From Gammaproteobacteria bacterium (GTDB lineage: Bacteria > Pseudomonadota > Gammaproteobacteria > Poriferisulfidales > GCA-002705445), in the NCBI GenBank assembly GCA_038114285.1, contig JAYNQN010000004.1, forward strand, positions 16,681-76,840: a stretch of 60,160 nucleotides of DNA, read 5' to 3'. Below, one piece after another: positions 11,307-19,724 of this stretch. The notes beneath the pieces were generated by a model that did not search any database, was not told where the DNA came from, and saw only the letters and a list, made by a program, of their open reading frames with translations. Within the stretch, counting starts at the first letter, position 1. Each line of letters opens with the position of its first letter. The translations under genes and the position numbers were made by a program.

Positions 11307-13736
11307 ATGAATATAAATAAATATTTACAATCAGGTAAAAGCATTAATGTTTCAGCAGATGCAGGAACAGGAAAAACATGGGTAATAATTTCAAAAATAC
11401 TAAGATTATTACTTGATAATGTGAGTCCTGAAAAAATTACAGCAATAACTTTCACAAAAAAAGCTTCAGCAGAAATGACTGAAAGATTAAATAATAAAAT
11501 TGAATTATGGAGCAAACTAAATGATGAGGATTTAAAAAAAGAATTAGAAGAGATAGGAATAAAACACGATTATAATAAATATATAAAAAAAGCTAAAAAA
11601 TTATTTATCAAAAATATATTTAATACAAAAGAAATTAGAATCTGTACATTTGACTCTTTATTTTCAGAAATATTACTTCAATTTAATTCTGAGAAAGACA
11701 TCCTTTCAAGTTATACGGTAAATAGCACAGTAGAAAGTAAAATTATATCAGACGCAGTAGAGAAAAAGATATTTAACCAAAGTTATTTTGAAAATAATTT
11801 AAATTTCAAAAAAAATTTTGATTTTTTAATAGATTCAATAGGAAGTTATGAGAATATAAAAAAATCAATATCCAGCGTTATTGAAAAAAAATCTTATTTT
11901 TTAGAGATTATAAATAATCATGAGATATTTATAGAAGAGAATGAAGATTTAAATAAAATTAAAGAAAATTTAAAAATTACATTAATAATTCAAATTACTA
12001 AAAAAATTGAAGATGAAAATTTGAAAAAACATTTTTCAGATTTATACAAATTTTTACTAAATGATAATTTTGATAACAATATTAAAGTTGAAAATATATA
12101 TAAAAATTTCTTTACAACAGCAAGAACAGTGAGAAAAAAAACTGAAAATAAATTAATTAAATATAATTCTAATATTGAGGTATTCATTAATGAAGTTTAT
12201 CACTATGAAGAATGTGTATTCAATGAAATTCAAAAAGCATGGAAGTTCTTAGCAAAAACATTTTTTAAAGAATATCAAGATTATTTGCATAACAACAGGC
12301 TATGTGATTTTTCCGATAAAACTTGGTTATGTTATAAAAAATTATCTGAGCTGGAAGATAATAACTGGATTTTTTATAAGATTGCTAACTCTATTGATCA
12401 CCTGTTAATTGATGAGTTCCAAGATACAAACTTTATACAATGGAAAATTATCAAAATAATCTTAGAATCTATTGAAAACATTTCTGACTCTCATAGTTTA
12501 ACAATAGTTGGGGATTCTAAACAATCAATCTATGGTTTTAGAGGATCAGAACCAAAACTATTTGAAATTTGCAAAAAATTTTCTAATGAAAAATTTTCCT
12601 CTAAAAACATTGAGCTTAAAGAGTCAAGAAGATCTTCAAAATCTATTGTATCATATGTGAATAAAATATTTCCAAATGTGTCTGATTTTTCAACAAAAAT
12701 AAAGAATGATGGTGATGTAAGAATCTTCAATTTAAGCAAAATGAAATTAAATGAAGATCCAAATAATATTAAAGAAAAAGTAATTTTAGAATCCACATTT
12801 ATATGTAAACAGATTACTGATTTGGTAAAGAATGAAGATATAAAATTCAGTGATATCATAATTTTAGTTAGAAATAGAACCCATATAAAAGATATGGAAG
12901 AAGTATTAATTAAAAACTCAATTCCTGTATATACAAATCAAAGTAAATCTCTTCTAGATAATCGTGAGATTATAGATTTACATAATTTACTAAAATTTTT
13001 GATTTTAGAAGATAGAAATGCATTTGAACTTCATTCTTTATTAATATCTCCAATATTTAATTATTCAATTGAAGAAATTAATAAACAAAATCTTAATAGT
13101 TTTTCGGATTTAGAAAATTTAATATTAAAAAGTAAATACGGAAATTGTATAAAAAAATGGAGAGCTAGTTTAGGGTACATACCAATACATGATTTACTAG
13201 ACAAAATTTATAATGATCTTGATTTGATAAATCTATATAGAACAAATAATTCTGTAAAAAACGAAGAAATAAATAATAATTTTTTAAGCTATTTAAATAT
13301 GTCATTAAAAATGAATAATGGGAGATATATTACGCCTTTTCATTTTCTAAATGAAATAGAAAAAACCAAAGATTTTAAGCATGAAATTGAAAGTGCAAAA
13401 ACAAATTGCGTAAAGATTCTAACAATTCATGCAGCTAAAGGCTTAGAATCAAAAGTTGTTATAATTGCGCAATCATATCGTAAAAAAGAAACTGATAAAG
13501 ATTATCTTCATGTGCTTGCCAATGAAGATTTATCCTGCAAAGATATAGTTTATTACCCAAGTATATTTAAAAATAATTTTATTATAGAAAATTATTTAAA
13601 TAGCTATAAAATAAAAAGTATTTCAGAAGAAGATAATCTGCTATATGTTGCCTGCACTAGAGCAAAAGAAATTTTAATTATAAATGGGTTCGCTGAAAAA
13701 GGAAGTTGGTTTACGGATTCTTTATTTTTTGAATAA
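11307..13736 (+). CDS. UvrD/REP superfamily-1 helicase, AddA/RecB-like P-loop, no nuclease domain
   Basis: Motif I ADAGTGKTW, Ia TFTKKASAEM, II IDEFQDTN, III GDSKQSIYGFRGS, V/VI TIHAAKGLE and LLYVACTRAK. The protein ends 20 aa after motif VI. Confidence 0.7.
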   Translation: MNINKYLQSGKSINVSADAGTGKTWVIISKILRLLLDNVSPEKITAITFTKKASAEMTERLNNKIELWSKLNDEDLKKELEEIGIKHDYNKYIKKAKKLFIKNIFNTKEIRICTFDSLFSEILLQFNSEKDILSSYTVNSTVESKIISDAVEKKIFNQSYFENNLNFKKNFDFLIDSIGSYENIKKSISSVIEKKSYFLEIINNHEIFIEENEDLNKIKENLKITLIIQITKKIEDENLKKHFSDLYKFLLNDNFDNNIKVENIYKNFFTTARTVRKKTENKLIKYNSNIEVFINEVYHYEECVFNEIQKAWKFLAKTFFKEYQDYLHNNRLCDFSDKTWLCYKKLSELEDNNWIFYKIANSIDHLLIDEFQDTNFIQWKIIKIILESIENISDSHSLTIVGDSKQSIYGFRGSEPKLFEICKKFSNEKFSSKNIELKESRRSSKSIVSYVNKIFPNVSDFSTKIKNDGDVRIFNLSKMKLNEDPNNIKEKVILESTFICKQITDLVKNEDIKFSDIIILVRNRTHIKDMEEVLIKNSIPVYTNQSKSLLDNREIIDLHNLLKFLILEDRNAFELHSLLISPIFNYSIEEINKQNLNSFSDLENLILKSKYGNCIKKWRASLGYIPIHDLLDKIYNDLDLINLYRTNNSVKNEEINNNFLSYLNMSLKMNNGRYITPFHFLNEIEKTKDFKHEIESAKTNCVKILTIHAAKGLESKVVIIAQSYRKKETDKDYLHVLANEDLSCKDIVYYPSIFKNNFIIENYLNSYKIKSISEEDNLLYVACTRAKEILIINGFAEKGSWFTDSLFFE

Positions 13737-14454
13737 CTTCTTCTGGACTCATATAACCTTGTATTAATGAACCATTTGGTAAAAACATCGAAGGTGTTGA
13801 ACTAATGCCAATACTACTTATTAATTGTTGGTGTTCCTCAACTGGATTATCACATAATTTTTTTTCAATCTTTTCTTGTTTTTTCAACATTGTAAACGCC
13901 TCACCTTTATTACTGGCACACCATGCAGAAACAAGATTTCTTTTTGTACTAGATTTAATTGCGTAAACCAAATATCTAACTTTTACTCCATTTTTCAAAT
14001 ATATTGGAATATCTTGATGAAATTTTCTACAGTATGGACAATCTATATCTGTTACCACGTTTATATAATGTTCTTCACTTTCGCCATATACAAAAAGTTT
14101 TTCATCTGGGATATTATCAAGTAAGTTTTTTCTTCCTTGCGCAGAAGAAATTTCCGTAAGGTTTGTAAAAACATATTTATCATTCTCAACCTCTACTTTT
14201 TGCAAATTTCCACTTTCAAAAATATATTTTCCATCTTTTGTAATATAAATTATTTCACCACCATAATGAATCTCATAAATATTTTTAATTGGAGTTTTTT
14301 TTATTTTATTATATTTTACTGTTGGAAAAATATTATCCATTTTTTTCTTCAAAAAATTTATTGTTTCATCATTTGAATATGAATAGTGAAATGGAAATAT
14401 GTAAATTATTATTAATAGTGATAATTTAATTATGCTCTTGGATGATTTTTGCAA
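13711..14454 (-). CDS. dsbC: periplasmic thiol:disulfide interchange protein (DsbC/DsbG family)
   Basis: Signal peptide MQKSSKSIIKLSLLIIIYIF, thioredoxin-fold CPYC motif, and the xerD-dsbC adjacency found in E. coli. Confidence 0.7.
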   Translation of the reverse strand: MQKSSKSIIKLSLLIIIYIFPFHYSYSNDETINFLKKKMDNIFPTVKYNKIKKTPIKNIYEIHYGGEIIYITKDGKYIFESGNLQKVEVENDKYVFTNLTEISSAQGRKNLLDNIPDEKLFVYGESEEHYINVVTDIDCPYCRKFHQDIPIYLKNGVKVRYLVYAIKSSTKRNLVSAWCASNKGEAFTMLKKQEKIEKKLCDNPVEEHQQLISSIGISSTPSMFLPNGSLIQGYMSPEEVIQKIKNP

Positions 14455-15329
14455 TGTAGCTCCTTTAATTCATTTTTTGCTATGTGAGTGTACAGCTGTG
14501 TTGTTGATAAATCACTATGACCTAACAACAATTGAACAACTCTTAAATCTGCACCGTTATTTATCATGTGTGTTGCAAACGCATGTCTCAATGTATGAGG
14601 AGATAAATGCTGATTTATTCCAACTTGTGAAGCATACTTTTTAATTATATGCCAAAATGAATGACGTGTCATTTCCTTACCTCTATTACTCAAAAATAAC
14701 GCATCTGAATTTACATTTGTTAGAAATTCAGGCCTATAATCATCTATATATGTCTTTAAAAAAGATAATGCATAATCATTAATTGGTATAATTCTTTCTT
14801 TGCTTCCTTTACCCATTACTCGTAAAAAATTACTTTCTGTAACAACTTGAGAAAAATTTAATGAAATTAATTCAGAAACTCTCAAACCACACGCATACAA
14901 AATTTCTAACATTGCTTTATCTCTTGCACCAAATTTAGTTTTTACATCTGGCGCGTTAAGAAGTTTATCTACACTATCTACATCTATTGTGTGTGGCAAA
15001 GACTTTACTTTTCTTGGACTTTCAATGTTTTCTGTTGGATTAATTTTAATTAAGTTGTGTGATACAAGATATAAAAAAAATTTTTTTAAAGATGATATTA
15101 ATCTCATATTGCTACTTGTAGAAATACCATTAGAAAATCTATAAGAAACAAATGAATTTACATCAGACTTTTTAACATCAAAAAGTTTAATATGTTTTTT
15201 ATTTAAAAAAATTAAAAAACTTTTAATATCATGCTCGTAAGATAATAGCGTATTTTTTGATAGTCCTTGTTCAGCCCATATACTATCAAGAAAACCATCA
15301 ATATAATCATTGTACGATTTATTTTTCAT
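14430..15329 (-). CDS. xerD: site-specific tyrosine recombinase XerD
   Basis: HTLRHAFATH and LLGHSDLSTTQLYTH motifs, and a C-terminal HPRA as in E. coli XerD. The likely start is MKNKSYNDYIDGF (15329) rather than the track start at 15365. Confidence 0.85.
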   Translation of the reverse strand: MKNKSYNDYIDGFLDSIWAEQGLSKNTLLSYEHDIKSFLIFLNKKHIKLFDVKKSDVNSFVSYRFSNGISTSSNMRLISSLKKFFLYLVSHNLIKINPTENIESPRKVKSLPHTIDVDSVDKLLNAPDVKTKFGARDKAMLEILYACGLRVSELISLNFSQVVTESNFLRVMGKGSKERIIPINDYALSFLKTYIDDYRPEFLTNVNSDALFLSNRGKEMTRHSFWHIIKKYASQVGINQHLSPHTLRHAFATHMINNGADLRVVQLLLGHSDLSTTQLYTHIAKNELKELHCKNHPRA

Positions 15330-15385
15330 AATTCTAATAATATAATAGATGATAAGTAAAACCATTACAACGAGAGTTAATAAAA

Positions 15386-15787
15386 ATGATATATATATCT
15401 TTATGGAGAAGATTAGCGTCTATCTTGTATGACTCAATATTAGTGTTTGCTTTACTCATGATAATGTCAATTCCATTTTACAACCTAAATCTTGAAGATA
15501 ACTTTTTTTTAAAAATTATCATGCAAATTTACTATTATCTTATTATGCAATATTTTTTCGTATGGTTTTGGGTAAACAAGGAAGGTACGCTTGGAATGAA
15601 AACTTGGAAAATTAGGATTACTGGCTTAAATGGCAAGCCAATATCTTATAAACAAGCCATTATTAGATTCAACATGTCAATTATATCAATATTAGTCTTT
15701 GGTTTGGGTTTCCTAGTTTCTATATTCAATAAACATCACAAATGCATGCATGACATTATTTCTGAAACAGTTTTGATAAAAAACTAA
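15386..15787 (+). CDS. RDD-family small membrane protein
   Basis: 133 aa with 3 TM helices. N-terminal WRRLASILYDSIL pattern typical of the RDD domain. Confidence 0.55.
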   Translation: MIYISLWRRLASILYDSILVFALLMIMSIPFYNLNLEDNFFLKIIMQIYYYLIMQYFFVWFWVNKEGTLGMKTWKIRITGLNGKPISYKQAIIRFNMSIISILVFGLGFLVSIFNKHHKCMHDIISETVLIKN

Positions 15788-16850
15788 TCCCATAAAATTT
15801 ATTTATAAAAAATAAACTTAGTGCAAATAAAATAATTACTGGAAGAAAAGATCCAAAAATTGGTGGCATATCAATAATAATTGATAACTTATTTAGTGTT
15901 TGATTAAATAAAAATAAAACTATGCCAACTAATATACCAATAAATATTCTTTGTCCTAAACTTGCTGTTCTAATATTTGAATGTACAAAAGGAGTAGTTA
16001 GTAAAAACATTACTAAACATGAAATTGGTATGGAAAATTTTGACCAAAAAGCCAATTCATAATTTTTAGATTCCATAGAATTAGTTTTTAAATAATCTAT
16101 GTATTTATTTAATTGAACAAGATTCATTTGATTGGGCTTTATAACCATAATATCAAATAAATCTAAGTCCACGAACTCTTTAAATGTTGTCTTCTCGATA
16201 CTTAAAACCTCAACATCCTTATTTTGGAAGTCTGTTGATGTTACATTTTCCATAAACCACTTACCATTACTATAATATCCTTGCTCAGCATATATAGACT
16301 CCATTAATTGCTGTTTTTTATTGAAGCGATATATCGAGACTTCTTTTACAATTTTATTAGGGTAAACATTTGCTATATGAATAAAACTGTTTCCACTTTT
16401 AATCCATATGCCATCTGTATTTTTCATACTTAGCCTTGTTGATTCCCCTATATTTTTAACATTTATTGCAAGTTGCTGACCTTTTGGCGCAATAAATTCA
16501 CCAATTACAAATGTTAAAGTAACAATGAATAAACCAGTCTTTAAAGCTATTGTAATAATTTGTCCAAATGAAAGACCACAGGATTTTGCTGCATTCAACT
16601 CATTAGTACTTGATAATTTACTTAATCCTATAAGACTTCCCATAAGTGTTGCTATAGGAAGAACTTCATAAATATTTTGTGGAGTATTAAGTAAAACATA
16701 CATGAATGCTAATGAAATAGTATATTCGCTACTAATTTTTTTTATTTCATCCACCAAGTCGAGTAACCCAACTACAACAACCAATATACCTAAAACTATA
16801 AATATTGAGTATAAAATTTGTTTAGCAATATATTTATCTAGTATTTTCAT
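15756..16850 (-). CDS. lptG: LPS export ABC transporter permease LptG
   Basis: 364 aa. YjgP/YjgQ permease topology (TM1-3, periplasmic beta-jellyroll, TM4-6). Follows lptF; the pair is divergent from pepA as in E. coli. Confidence 0.85.
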   Translation of the reverse strand: MKILDKYIAKQILYSIFIVLGILVVVVGLLDLVDEIKKISSEYTISLAFMYVLLNTPQNIYEVLPIATLMGSLIGLSKLSSTNELNAAKSCGLSFGQIITIALKTGLFIVTLTFVIGEFIAPKGQQLAINVKNIGESTRLSMKNTDGIWIKSGNSFIHIANVYPNKIVKEVSIYRFNKKQQLMESIYAEQGYYSNGKWFMENVTSTDFQNKDVEVLSIEKTTFKEFVDLDLFDIMVIKPNQMNLVQLNKYIDYLKTNSMESKNYELAFWSKFSIPISCLVMFLLTTPFVHSNIRTASLGQRIFIGILVGIVLFLFNQTLNKLSIIIDMPPIFGSFLPVIILFALSLFFINKFYGISFLSKLFQK

Positions 16851-16852
16851 AA

Positions 16853-18157
16853 TTAACCAAATTTAATATTTTTCATGAGAATTAAAAAATCTCTATAGTT
16901 TTTTATTTGAAATTTTTTAAAGACATATAATACGTAACATAATATTAATGCAACTATATGAACCCACCAAGTACCGACATATGAGAATAAAAGTGCATCT
17001 TTTTGAATTTGACTCACAGAAACAATCGTTAGATTAGAATAAATAAAGTATATTATTATCGCATAGAGAAGATTTGAATATTTATTTTGTCTTGGAGCTA
17101 CATCGCCAAATATAAAAGCAAACATAATCAAAACAATTACTGATATTGGGGCAAATAACCTCCATTGGATTTCAGCATTTGAAAATGATTTGTTTTCATC
17201 TATCATAAGATCAAAAATATTTTTCATCCTATAATCTAAAGAAAAATCTGGTTCAGTATTAACTAGCTTAACTTCATGTCTGTCGTATTTTAAAACTTGA
17301 AAATTGCCAGTACCTGGTGTGCCAGTGTATCTCTGACCATTTTTTAATATCAATCTCCTCACCCCATCTTCCAAATATTCATCACCTTCTTCAGCGGTCT
17401 CAATTGAAATTTTATTACTTTCAGAGCTTTTTATAAAAATTCTTTTTGATACACCGTTTTCAATGTCCTCTACAAATATAATCCAATTTTTATCCTTCAT
17501 TTGAATAAATTTTCCAGGATTTGTAAGACCAATTTCTGAAGTTGCTGCGGCCTCTATTTTCTTCTTTTGAATCTCGGTTACCAAATATGGAGATACAAAT
17601 ATATTTAGGATAAAAATTATAATAAATGATGGTGTTGCTATGAAATAAAATATTTTTTTAAATACTTTTTTAAAAGTTCCAGATGATTTTAGCGCATATA
17701 TTTCACTATCTCTGTATAATCTTGACAAACAAATTATCAATCCAATCATTATCACAAAAGGAAGAAATAATATAATTGACTTGGAGGTACTTAAAAATAA
17801 TAAAGAAGAGATCATTTCTATCTCAAATCTTCCCTCAACAACATATTCTAATAACTTAACAAAAAGCCTACCTATGATAACAAGTGTTAGTACAATGAGA
17901 ACTGAAAAAAAAGCAAGCAAGAAGTTTTTCAGTATATATGCATCTAGTATTGTTAACTTAAAGTAATCCTTGAACCCTACAAAATCAATATCTTTTGCAT
18001 GACTGCTAAATGTTTGATACGAAAAAAAACTACTTTTATTTTTTATAATACTTATTATTTTCGTTTGATATTGATATAATTTAGAAATGCATAACTTATA
18101 AATATTCAACCATTTGTCTTTTTTTTTGTTATATTTAGAGTTATTTTTCATGATCAA
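16853..18157 (-). CDS. lptF: LPS export ABC transporter permease LptF, with an unusual N-terminal extension of about 65 aa
   Basis: Homology to LptF starts near residue 68 (LTILDAYILKNFLLAFF). The track start is TTG 18157 and the first ATG is at 18151. Confidence 0.8.
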   Translation of the reverse strand: MIMKNNSKYNKKKDKWLNIYKLCISKLYQYQTKIISIIKNKSSFFSYQTFSSHAKDIDFVGFKDYFKLTILDAYILKNFLLAFFSVLIVLTLVIIGRLFVKLLEYVVEGRFEIEMISSLLFLSTSKSIILFLPFVIMIGLIICLSRLYRDSEIYALKSSGTFKKVFKKIFYFIATPSFIIIFILNIFVSPYLVTEIQKKKIEAAATSEIGLTNPGKFIQMKDKNWIIFVEDIENGVSKRIFIKSSESNKISIETAEEGDEYLEDGVRRLILKNGQRYTGTPGTGNFQVLKYDRHEVKLVNTEPDFSLDYRMKNIFDLMIDENKSFSNAEIQWRLFAPISVIVLIMFAFIFGDVAPRQNKYSNLLYAIIIYFIYSNLTIVSVSQIQKDALLFSYVGTWWVHIVALILCYVLYVFKKFQIKNYRDFLILMKNIKFG

Positions 18158-18181
18158 TAATCACAAGAGGCTATAAAAATT

Positions 18182-19687
18182 ATGCAATACGATTTAATTA
18201 GTAATATAACATCAAATAATACAAAAGGCTCAGCAATATTAGGAGTATTTTCTGACAAAAGTATAGAAAATTCAACGAAATGTCTAGGCGCTTCTGATAT
18301 TTCTAAAATTAAAGAAATTATCAAAACATCCTCTTTTATAGGTAATCTTAATCAGTCCTTATGTATTTATGATATACCTAATAAAAAAATTGAGAAAATA
18401 TATCTTATTGGGCTTGGGAAAAAAGAAGAATATGGCGAGAAAAAATTTATTAAGTCTTTAGCTGCAGCAAGTAAAATATGTAAAACAGAAAACCTCAAAA
18501 ATATTTATATACTAGTTAATAGCTTTATTAACAAAAAAATTGAAGAAAATTGGGCGATTAGAAATATTTCAATCCACATGAATGGCGCTGACTATGATTA
18601 TAGTCATACAAAAAATAAAACAAAAAAACAAAATTTGTATAAGATTACAAAACTTACTTGTGTTCTGAAATCAAGCAAAAATAGTAAAAAAGTAAGCGTA
18701 AAAAAATATTTTAAGCAAGGCGAAGCAATAGCAAATGGAATAAAACTTGCAAAAAACCTTGGCGACCTTCCAAGCAATATCTGTACGCCAACCTATCTTG
18801 CTAAAACTGCTCAATCGTTGGCTAAGAATAATAAAAACATTAATGTAAGAATTCATAACGAAAAAGAAATGAAATCTATGGGTATGAATTGCCTTCTTTC
18901 TGTAGGTAATGGAAGTGAAGAACCATCTAAGCTTATCACTCTTAAATATAACGGAGCAAATAAAAATGATAAGCCTATAGCTTTAGTTGGCAAAGGTATA
19001 ACTTTCGATACGGGTGGAATTTCAATAAAACCAAGCAATGGTATGGATGAAATGAAATACGATATGTGTGGAGCTGCAAGTGTTCTAGGAACAATAAAAG
19101 CAATTAGCGAACTAAATCTAAAAATAAATGTTGTAGGAGTTATTGCTTCAGCAGAAAACATGCCAAGTGGTTCAGCCACAAATCCTGGAGACGTTGTTAC
19201 CACAATGTCAGGACAAACAGTAGAAATATTAAACACTGATGCGGAAGGAAGACTTGTTCTTTGCGATGCGCTAACTTATGTTTCAAAATTTAAACCTAAA
19301 CATGTAATTGATATAGCTACACTAACTGGAGCAGTGCTAGTAGCTTTAGGAAAAGTTGCAAGCGGGATTCTTTCAAACGACGAAGAATTAATACAAAAAT
19401 TGAAAAATAGCTCAAGCGTTAGTCACGACTATATTTGGGAATTACCATTGTGGGAGGAATTTCAGTCTGAACTTGATAGTAATTTTGCCGATATCGCAAA
19501 TATTGGAAAAAGATATGCTGGCACAATTACTGCCGCATGTTTTTTATCAAGGTTTACTGAGGAGTATAGCTGGGCTCATTTAGATATAGCTGGTACGGCT
19601 TGGAATGAAGGGGCAAATAAAGGTGGTACTGGAAGACCCGTATCTTTACTTACTCACTTTCTACTAGAAAATGCAAAATCATTATAA
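18182..19687 (+). CDS. pepA: leucyl aminopeptidase (M17)
   Basis: 501 aa. VGKGITFDTGG and NTDAEGRLVLCD metal-site motifs. AAGAGG Shine-Dalgarno upstream. Confidence 0.9.
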   Translation: MQYDLISNITSNNTKGSAILGVFSDKSIENSTKCLGASDISKIKEIIKTSSFIGNLNQSLCIYDIPNKKIEKIYLIGLGKKEEYGEKKFIKSLAAASKICKTENLKNIYILVNSFINKKIEENWAIRNISIHMNGADYDYSHTKNKTKKQNLYKITKLTCVLKSSKNSKKVSVKKYFKQGEAIANGIKLAKNLGDLPSNICTPTYLAKTAQSLAKNNKNINVRIHNEKEMKSMGMNCLLSVGNGSEEPSKLITLKYNGANKNDKPIALVGKGITFDTGGISIKPSNGMDEMKYDMCGAASVLGTIKAISELNLKINVVGVIASAENMPSGSATNPGDVVTTMSGQTVEILNTDAEGRLVLCDALTYVSKFKPKHVIDIATLTGAVLVALGKVASGILSNDEELIQKLKNSSSVSHDYIWELPLWEEFQSELDSNFADIANIGKRYAGTITAACFLSRFTEEYSWAHLDIAGTAWNEGANKGGTGRPVSLLTHFLLENAKSL

Positions 19688-19724
19688 AAAAATTAAACTT
19701 AATTTATTATTTCAGTAAGATCAT

